Source: an uncultured Chloroflexia bacterium
GTDB taxonomy: Bacteria; Chloroflexota; Limnocylindria; Limnocylindrales; CSP1-4
Direction: 5' to 3'
DNA length: 64,000 bases
Assembly: GCA_963813535.1 (NCBI GenBank)
Contig: CAWEZH010000001.1
Coordinates: 96,001 to 160,000, forward strand
Shown: positions 57,257 through 64,000 of the stretch, in pieces
Layout: each line of letters starts with the position of its first letter
Position numbering within the stretch: the first letter of the stretch is position 1
The notes under the pieces: model-generated
Seen by the model: the letters and a program-made list of their open reading frames with translations, nothing else
Database searches by the model: none
Told to the model about the DNA's origin: nothing
Program-made: the position numbers and the translations under genes

Positions 57257-58306
57257 TCAGCTCGGTACGGCGTCCGCGAGGGCCTGGCGGTACTGGGCCA
57301 GGTCGACCGGCTGGAGCCTCGGCGAATGGGTGATGCCGGGGATCCGGCCACGCTTGGCGATCGGCCGGCCGTCGATCTCCTTGATGTCACCGGTGAAGTC
57401 GATCGGCGACGCGCCGCTGATATGCGATCCCACCGCGTACGAGTCGACCGGCGAGCCGGCCTCCTTGAAGTAGCGCACCCGGTCGGGGCTCAGGCCGCCC
57501 GACACGACGATCCTGACGTGCTGATACCCCTCCTGGTCGAGGCGCGCGCGGATCTCCGTGACGAGATCGGCCGTGACCCGGCCTCGCTCGGACGGCGTGT
57601 CCAGCCGGATGCCATAGAGCCGATCGCCCAGCGCGTGCGCGACACGGAGCGCCTCTTCGGCCTCGTCCTTGAACGTGTCGACCAGCACGATCCGTGACAC
57701 CTCCGGCCCGAGGTGGCGATCGAACGCCAAGGCGGCCTCGACCGTGTCACCGAAGATCAGGACGAGCGAATGGGGCATGGTCCCGGTCGGAGCGAGGCCC
57801 GCCAGCCGTGCACCCGCCGGCGTCGAGGCACCCACGCAGCCACCGACGATCGCCGCGTAATCGAGCACGTCGGTGATGTCAGGGTGGACGTGGCGGGCGC
57901 CGAAGCTGATGACCGGTTCGGGAGCCGCGACATCGACGATCTCGCGGGCCGCCGTCGCCCAGCCGGTCGATTGGGCGAGCATGCCCAGCAGCGCCGTCTC
58001 GTACAGGCCGAACCGACGGTAGCGCGCACGGATCCGGAGCACGACCTCGCGCGGTGCGATGCGGTCGCCGTCCGACAGCGCCTCGACCTGCGTCTCGTCC
58101 GGGTCGCACTCGGCGAGGACGTGGCCGAGCAGGTTCTTCGCCTCGTCGATCCCGCACAGGACGGCCTCACGGCGCGTGAAGACCTCCATCGTCACGAGTG
58201 GGTCGAGGCCCTCGGCCTCGAGGATGCTTTCGGCCCTCGCGAAGTAGACGTCGGCGGAATCGCCGGACAGGATCTCGGTCGACGGCCGTGGCCGCTGGAT
58301 ACCCAT
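57257..58306 (-). CDS. pncB: Nicotinate phosphoribosyltransferase (short type)
   Basis: DVYF, SFGARH, GTMPH, LVDT, IRLDTP, VSGGL, AKRG. Confidence 0.9.
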   Translation of the reverse strand: MGIQRPRPSTEILSGDSADVYFARAESILEAEGLDPLVTMEVFTRREAVLCGIDEAKNLLGHVLAECDPDETQVEALSDGDRIAPREVVLRIRARYRRFGLYETALLGMLAQSTGWATAAREIVDVAAPEPVISFGARHVHPDITDVLDYAAIVGGCVGASTPAGARLAGLAPTGTMPHSLVLIFGDTVEAALAFDRHLGPEVSRIVLVDTFKDEAEEALRVAHALGDRLYGIRLDTPSERGRVTADLVTEIRARLDQEGYQHVRIVVSGGLSPDRVRYFKEAGSPVDSYAVGSHISGASPIDFTGDIKEIDGRPIAKRGRIPGITHSPRLQPVDLAQYRQALADAVPS

Positions 58307-58407
58307 TCAGTCCAGCTCTGCTCCTGGTGGGGTCTCGATGCGTGTCGACGGCACCTCGGGTCGCGCGCCCGACGGCTCCGATGTGGCCGGGAGTGTAGTC
58401 GATGCGG

Positions 58408-60444
58408 TCACTCGGACACCTGATCCCGAAGAGGTCTCGCCTGCATCCTGACGCGCCTCCGTCGCCGTCGCTGCAGGGTGACCATGAGGAGCGCAAGGAT
58501 GAACAGCACCGCGACGACGATCGTGGCGATGCTGAATGCGCGCGCCTGACCGACCGGCTCGGCGTTCGACCACGTTGCGGCGGCCTCGTCGGATGCCTGT
58601 GCAGATGCAGCGAGGTCACCTCGGATGAACGCGTCTCGCGCGGCCACGAGGTCGGCCTCCGGCGTTTCGCCCATCAGGCCCAGCGTCATCAAGGGCGTCG
58701 ACTCGACCGGGCGGCGCGCGGTCGCAGCCACGTATTGCTCGATCACCTGGAGCTCGGCGCCGGCCTCGGCGATGGCGTCATCGAACCCATCGTCGTCCTC
58801 GAATGACTGACGCAACGCAGCTGGCGCGATCAGGCCGGCATCGGCCGCCGCGGTCACGACGCGGCCACGCAGCTCGAGCACCGATTCCGCGCCGTCCATG
58901 AGCGTCTTGGCCTCGTCGAAGCGCCAGGCCCGCATGGCGTCGCGGATCGACAGGGGCGCGTGCCAGTCGCGGACCTTGGTCACGAACCTGTCGTACCGAG
59001 CGCGGGCAGCCAGCCGCGCGTCGAGCAGCGGGATGTCCTCCGGCCGGGCCACCCATGCTCGCCATAGGTCGTCGTACGTCTTGTCGGTGCGGGCCTCGAG
59101 CAGGTCCAGCAGGCCGCGCCAGTCGACCGGTCCGCCGACGATCTCCTCGCCGCCGCCGGATGGCTGGTACGCGCTGATCCGATCGGCGGCATCACCCCAG
59201 ACCTCGCGGAGCCCGCGCTCGCCGGCGCGTTTCCCGATCTCCCGGGCCAGCACCAGGACGGCGGCGTACGCGTAATCCTCCTGGGGCACCTCGACCGTCC
59301 CGACCGCCCCCCAGGCGTTGAGCGGGATGCGCGACTTCTTGAGCTCGTCGGTGAGGCGATCCGAGGTGACCTTGAGCTTGCCGTCGGCGGCGGCGAGTTC
59401 GGCATAGTAGGAGGCGAAGGCCTCGTTCGACCAGCGATCCGCGAGCAACGCGCCGTTGAACCACGCATGGGCGGCTTCGTGCAGTACGACGAAGTCGTCG
59501 GCGTAGTAGGCGATAGCGACCTCGGCGGCCGACGGGTCGAAGATCCCGGCATAGCCGCCGGTCGAGCGGCTGACGGCCTCGGTTACCACGAGTGGCTGGT
59601 CGTAGTCCGGCCATGGCAGGCCGATGCGCGCCCCGAGCGCGGGCAGCGAGAGACCGAGCAATCGGCGGATCCGCTGGGCCCACGCGGAGTCGTCGGCCCA
59701 GGCGCGGACGGTGACCTTGATGTCGCGCCCGAGGACATTGGCGGCCACGGTGGAATCGCGGTACGCACCGGGCCGATCCGCGACGAGGTAGGCGAAGAAG
59801 TCGAGCGGCTTCGACAGTGCGCCCGTCCGGAAGATCGTCCGCCCGTCGCCGGCCGTCGTCGGCGACGGGATGCGTCCGGCCTCGACCGCGACCTGGTAGC
59901 CCTGCGGGAAGACCACCGTGACCGAGCTGCCCGAGGTCTCGTCGCTTCCGAAGGCCCAGACGGGGAACGACACCAGCGTGTCGCCGATGCGCAGGTCGCG
60001 CGTCGGTGTACCACCCGGATCCTTGAGATCGAACGCCAGCTGGTAGCGCGCCGACTTGCCACTGCCCAGGTCCTGGGCAAGGTTCAGTCGCAGCAGCGTG
60101 AACGACGCGGTCCGCCGTGTGACCCCGACGCTCGGCAGACCGTTGCCTTCCCAACTGAGCCGGTAGCCGCTCGAGCCCGGCAGGACCGCAAGGAACGCAT
60201 GGTCGAAGAAGTAGCGCTTCGTGGTGGTGTCGCGGAGGCGATTGGTGAGGGTCAGGTCGAGCGTCACGCGGACCCTCGACTTCGACGGCTGGACGTCGTA
60301 CCGCGCGGCGGCCACGATGGTGAGGTCCGGCGTCGCCGCTCGGACGGTGGCCGGCCCCGGGCCCGGCGTGCCGATGCCGAACGCCCCGCTCGCCAGTGCG
60401 ATGACGAGCGCGAGCCCGATGCGCGCCGCGGGCGACGATCTCAC
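58408..60444 (-). CDS. Secreted gluzincin (M1/MA-like) metallopeptidase with a C-terminal TM anchor
   Basis: Signal peptide, LHEAAHAWF...NEAFA, C-terminal TM plus RRRRR; GTGA-coupled. Confidence 0.82.
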   Translation of the reverse strand: MRSSPAARIGLALVIALASGAFGIGTPGPGPATVRAATPDLTIVAAARYDVQPSKSRVRVTLDLTLTNRLRDTTTKRYFFDHAFLAVLPGSSGYRLSWEGNGLPSVGVTRRTASFTLLRLNLAQDLGSGKSARYQLAFDLKDPGGTPTRDLRIGDTLVSFPVWAFGSDETSGSSVTVVFPQGYQVAVEAGRIPSPTTAGDGRTIFRTGALSKPLDFFAYLVADRPGAYRDSTVAANVLGRDIKVTVRAWADDSAWAQRIRRLLGLSLPALGARIGLPWPDYDQPLVVTEAVSRSTGGYAGIFDPSAAEVAIAYYADDFVVLHEAAHAWFNGALLADRWSNEAFASYYAELAAADGKLKVTSDRLTDELKKSRIPLNAWGAVGTVEVPQEDYAYAAVLVLAREIGKRAGERGLREVWGDAADRISAYQPSGGGEEIVGGPVDWRGLLDLLEARTDKTYDDLWRAWVARPEDIPLLDARLAARARYDRFVTKVRDWHAPLSIRDAMRAWRFDEAKTLMDGAESVLELRGRVVTAAADAGLIAPAALRQSFEDDDGFDDAIAEAGAELQVIEQYVAATARRPVESTPLMTLGLMGETPEADLVAARDAFIRGDLAASAQASDEAAATWSNAEPVGQARAFSIATIVVAVLFILALLMVTLQRRRRRRVRMQARPLRDQVSE

Positions 60445-61064
60445 GAGCTCGACCCGTCGTCGGTCGTGGCGGTCACATCGGTGGTCTCCGCCGCACCAGC
60501 AGCGCCCTCCGTCATCACCGACGTCTCGAGCAATTCCTCGAGGCGCTCGTCGTAGCGCGCGAGGAAGGCGCCGTTGCGTCCCGTCCGGCCCGACTGATCG
60601 GGGATCCGCCCGCCGATCCACAACCAACCCGCGGATTCCTCGAACAAGCGGTCGGCGATGCCGACGATCCGTGCGAGCGCGAGACCCAGGCCATCGGCCG
60701 TCGGCGGAACGGGTGCATCGGCGATCGGCAGCTCGACGGCCAGCAATGGCCGCTCGTCCTCGCTCAACGAGAACTTGGCGAACGGGAATTCATCGTTCCA
60801 GCGGAGCAGCTTGCGGTACGACTTCCGGAACATGTCACCGATCGGCGGCGCGAACTGGGCCCAGCAGATCAAGGCCAGGGCGGGGTCGAGGATGACCGTC
60901 ACCCGGAGGTCGAAGCGGCGGCGACCGTCGAGCACGAGATCCCAGCTGGCGATCCCATCGCGCTCGGCCCGGTCGACGGGCTCCAGGCCCAGGTCGGTGA
61001 GCCAGCGCTCGACGTCGGCCGGCGAAGCAGCGCCCAAGGGCGCGCCGAGGTCGGCGGAAGGCAT
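60441..61064 (-). CDS. YbjN-like domain protein
   Basis: Beta-rich core with YRKLLRWN...FAKFSL....L..ELP pattern. Confidence 0.7.
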   Translation of the reverse strand: MPSADLGAPLGAASPADVERWLTDLGLEPVDRAERDGIASWDLVLDGRRRFDLRVTVILDPALALICWAQFAPPIGDMFRKSYRKLLRWNDEFPFAKFSLSEDERPLLAVELPIADAPVPPTADGLGLALARIVGIADRLFEESAGWLWIGGRIPDQSGRTGRNGAFLARYDERLEELLETSVMTEGAAGAAETTDVTATTDDGSSS

Positions 61065-61126
61065 GGCCCGCGGAGTCTAGCCGAATTCGCTGCGGCGGTC
61101 GACCTCGGCGTCGATCCGGCAGACGG

Positions 61127-62467
61127 TCAGCGGCGGCCGCGGGCCGCCCTGCTCGCCACGGGCTCGACGTGGTCGACTCGCCCGTGGCCGTGCGAGCGAC
61201 GGGATCCGGCGCGCGTCTCGATCGACTCGCCGCTCTTGATGACCTTCTTCGAGAAGTCGCCGATCCGCACGTCCGCGGCCACACGGACGTTGCGCCCGAC
61301 GCGCGTGCCGCGCGGGACGACCGCACGCTTGCCGACGACGGTGATGCCGGCGTTGAGACGGGTCGGCTCCTGCTTGTTCGGTCGATCGTCGAACGGTCCC
61401 GAACCCACGATCGCGCCCTGCCCGACCACGACCTCCTTGTCGAGGATCGCCCGGTCGACGACCGATCCGGACTTGATGTGCGAGTCGAACATCACGATCG
61501 AGTCCCGCACGACGGCGCCGACGTCGACCTTCACACCGGGCGACAGGACCGAGTTCACGACCGTCCCGTTGATGATGCATCCGTGGCTGATGAGGCTCCG
61601 ATGGACCTGGGCCGTCGGCCCGACCTTGGCCGGCGCTCGCTCCTCGGAGCGGGTGTGGATCACCCACTCGGGGTCATACAGGTCGAGCTCCGCGTCGTCC
61701 TGGAGGAGCGCCATGTTGGCCTCCCAGTACGACTGGATCGTCCCGACGTCCTGCCAGTAGCCGTTGTAGCGATAGCCGTACACGCGGGCCTCGGCCTCGA
61801 GCATGTCGGGGATGACGTGTCGCCCGAAATCGACCCGGTCTTCGGACAGCCAGCGGCGGAGCGTCTTCTTGGAGAAGACGTAGACACCCATCGACGCGAG
61901 GTCGCTCTTGGGCTGCTTCGGCTTTTCCTGCCACTCGATGACGCGGTCGTTCTCATCCATCGCGAGGATGCCCATCCGGGACGCCTCGGCGAGCGGCACG
62001 CGGCGGACCGCGATCGTCACGTCCGCCCGGCGCCGTCGGTGGGCGGCGATGAACGGCTGGTAATCCATCTTGTAGATGTGGTCACCTGCGAGGACGACCA
62101 CGGTGTCGGATGGATCGTGCTCGATGACATTCATGTTGCGCAGCACGGCGTCGGCCGTGCCTCGGTACCACTCGGCGACCCTGCCTCGGGCGACGTACGG
62201 CTGGAGCAGCTTCACGCCACCCCGGTTGCGGTCGAGGTCCCACGGCCGACCGAGGCCGATGTGATCGTTGAGGGAGCGCGGGTTGTACTGCGTCAGGACG
62301 ACCACATCGTGGATGTCCGAGTTGACGCAGTTCGACAGCGTGAAGTCAATGATCCGGTACTTGCCGCCGAACGGGACCGCAGGCTTGGCGCGCTCCTGGG
62401 AGAGGATCGACAGCCGCTCGCCCTCGCCGCCCGCGAGGATGATCGCCATCGTGCGCTTCACGGCCAC
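61127..62467 (-). CDS. glgC: Glucose-1-phosphate adenylyltransferase
   Basis: [60 protein letters not shown]. Confidence 0.96.
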   Translation of the reverse strand: MAVKRTMAIILAGGEGERLSILSQERAKPAVPFGGKYRIIDFTLSNCVNSDIHDVVVLTQYNPRSLNDHIGLGRPWDLDRNRGGVKLLQPYVARGRVAEWYRGTADAVLRNMNVIEHDPSDTVVVLAGDHIYKMDYQPFIAAHRRRRADVTIAVRRVPLAEASRMGILAMDENDRVIEWQEKPKQPKSDLASMGVYVFSKKTLRRWLSEDRVDFGRHVIPDMLEAEARVYGYRYNGYWQDVGTIQSYWEANMALLQDDAELDLYDPEWVIHTRSEERAPAKVGPTAQVHRSLISHGCIINGTVVNSVLSPGVKVDVGAVVRDSIVMFDSHIKSGSVVDRAILDKEVVVGQGAIVGSGPFDDRPNKQEPTRLNAGITVVGKRAVVPRGTRVGRNVRVAADVRIGDFSKKVIKSGESIETRAGSRRSHGHGRVDHVEPVASRAARGRR

Positions 62468-62533
62468 GGTGCGCCTCCCGAGTCGGTGGGGATCCTGGGG
62501 CTCGATGCTAGCACGGGTACCCGCTCGGACGAC

Positions 62534-63904
62534 CTACAGGAACAGCCTCGGATTCGCGAAGTCATCGTTCAACTCGACCATCCAATGGAGGTGCGCGCCC
62601 GTCGCGTGGCCGGTCGAACCCTGGGTGCCGATGACCTGACCCTTCTTCACGGACTGGCCGGCCTTGAACGGGCAGCCTGGGACCATGTGGGCATACCAGG
62701 TCTTGAGGTTCCCGGCGTGGGCGATGACGACGATCCAGGCCGGGTCCGGGCCATCCGCCCAGTTCCAGTCGCACTTGACGACGATGCCGGCCGCGGAAGC
62801 GCGGACCTTGGCGCCGGATGGGCCCACGAGGTCGATGCCGTTGTGGAAATGCGCGCAACCGTGTCCGGGAGCGTAGTACTCGAACGAGCTGCAGCCGTAG
62901 TCGCCGCTGACGGTGAAGTCGGCCATCGGCCAGCGCATCGTGCCGTTGAACCTGCTCGGGATCCGTCCGCTGCGGACCTGGGCGGCCACGAGCGCGTTGA
63001 TCTTGACGGCGAGCGCCCGTTGATCGGCGGCGGCCTTGCGGATGATCGCGGCCGCGTTGGCCTTGTTGCGGACGAGTGATGCGTAGCGCGCCTTCTGCTG
63101 GGCGAGCGCTCGCGCGACCTGCCGCTCCAGCCGGCGCAGCTCCTGCCTGGTCTCCTTGAGACCACGCAGCGCCTTGTCGAGGTCGCGCTTCTGGGCGGCC
63201 GTCTGCTGGCGCAGGACGTTGGTCCGGGCACGTGTGTCGGCGACGGTCTGGTGGATCGCGGCGAGCGTCTCCTTGGCCCTGGCGATGCCCTCGGCAAGGG
63301 CCTTGTCCTGTTCCCCCACGTCGATGTAGTAGCTCATCTCGGCGAGCAGGTCCGTGAAGGAGCCGCCGGACAGGAAGGTCTCGAGCGGCGACGTCCTGTT
63401 GGTGTCGTAGGCGCTGCGGACCCGATCGGCCAGTTGCGCGCGACGAGCCGCCAGCTCGAGGCGCTTCGCCTCCTCCTGTGCGACGACCCGTTGCAACTCG
63501 GCGTCCATCGTCTTCAGCTGGGCGACCAGGTCCTGGTAGACCGCCTTGACCTTGTTGATGCGGGTCTGCATCCGGACGATCTTCTTGCGGACCGATTCGA
63601 GGTCCGCGCCGACCTTCCGAAGCTGGTTCCTGGTGTCGGAGATCTCGGCCGACAGGCCCTTCTGGAGGTCGTTGATCGCAGCGAGCTGGGCCTTCTGCTC
63701 GGCGACCTCCTTCTTGAGCGCCGCCTGCTTGGCCTTCGCGTCCGACAGCTCGTCGGCCCGCACTGGTGTGCTCGCGGCGGGGGCGCCCAGGAGGCCCGCC
63801 ACGAGCGGGAACAGCAGCAGCAATGTCGGGAGATGGCGACGGATGCGCCGCGGCCGTGGCCGGACCTGGTTCGACCAACCGGTCGGTCCGGGGCGTGCGT
63901 CCAT
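62534..63904 (-). CDS. Coiled-coil M23 peptidase (EnvC/PcsB-like architecture)
   Basis: Signal or TM segment, long coiled coil, HNGID, YAH, GSTG.ATG.HLH. Start uncertain. Confidence 0.9.
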   Translation of the reverse strand: MDARPGPTGWSNQVRPRPRRIRRHLPTLLLLFPLVAGLLGAPAASTPVRADELSDAKAKQAALKKEVAEQKAQLAAINDLQKGLSAEISDTRNQLRKVGADLESVRKKIVRMQTRINKVKAVYQDLVAQLKTMDAELQRVVAQEEAKRLELAARRAQLADRVRSAYDTNRTSPLETFLSGGSFTDLLAEMSYYIDVGEQDKALAEGIARAKETLAAIHQTVADTRARTNVLRQQTAAQKRDLDKALRGLKETRQELRRLERQVARALAQQKARYASLVRNKANAAAIIRKAAADQRALAVKINALVAAQVRSGRIPSRFNGTMRWPMADFTVSGDYGCSSFEYYAPGHGCAHFHNGIDLVGPSGAKVRASAAGIVVKCDWNWADGPDPAWIVVIAHAGNLKTWYAHMVPGCPFKAGQSVKKGQVIGTQGSTGHATGAHLHWMVELNDDFANPRLFL

Positions 63905-64000
63905 GCGATCCGTTCCGGTGCGGCGGCGAATCACGAGGGCGACGTCATCGTGCGAGTAGGCTCCGTAGGCGATGCCGTGGTGGCGGGGCACAGCACCGAA

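Overview
A GC-rich (about 70% by eye), gene-dense bacterial chromosome segment with no phage, integrase, transposase or CRISPR signal. The gene content suggests an uncultured Chloroflexota (Limnocylindria/Ellin6529-like) or actinobacteria-like organism; this is inference only. From left to right it contains: two secreted S8 proteases flanking a PD-(D/E)xK-like coiled-coil protein; a large purine-catabolism region (guanine deaminase, three-subunit xanthine dehydrogenase-family enzyme, uricase, HIU hydrolase, OHCU decarboxylase, cyclic amidohydrolase, malate synthase), interrupted by a PadR cassette and two degenerate GGDEF paralogues; a SorC-FGGY kinase-NMT1/THI5 ABC-FAD oxidoreductase operon; a DUF4331/TPR pair; GlcD-like oxidase, M1 peptidase, BioY, FtsX-type ABC, CAP protein, pgm and tRNA-His(GTG); a glutamine synthetase-like ligase coupled to a putative papain-like protein, with an APC permease and an acetamidase; and an MsiK/MalK-like ATPase, NUDIX, FG-GAP lipoprotein, pncB, gluzincin, YbjN, glgC and M23 peptidase. 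The best leads are: (1) candidate enzymes for the missing allantoate-to-glyoxylate steps, plus two translationally coupled small ORFs not called as genes by the ORF track; (2) a possible papain-fold gamma-glutamyl hydrolase in a glutamylation pathway; (3) 10-bp-phased repeat arrays upstream of several promoters; (4) a PafBC-type promoter on the nuclease-like gene; (5) a structured leader before the sugar-ABC ATPase; (6) a tandem-duplication scar. Two indel sites (about 11340 and 14781) may be sequencing errors. Family names come from motif recognition, not database searches.
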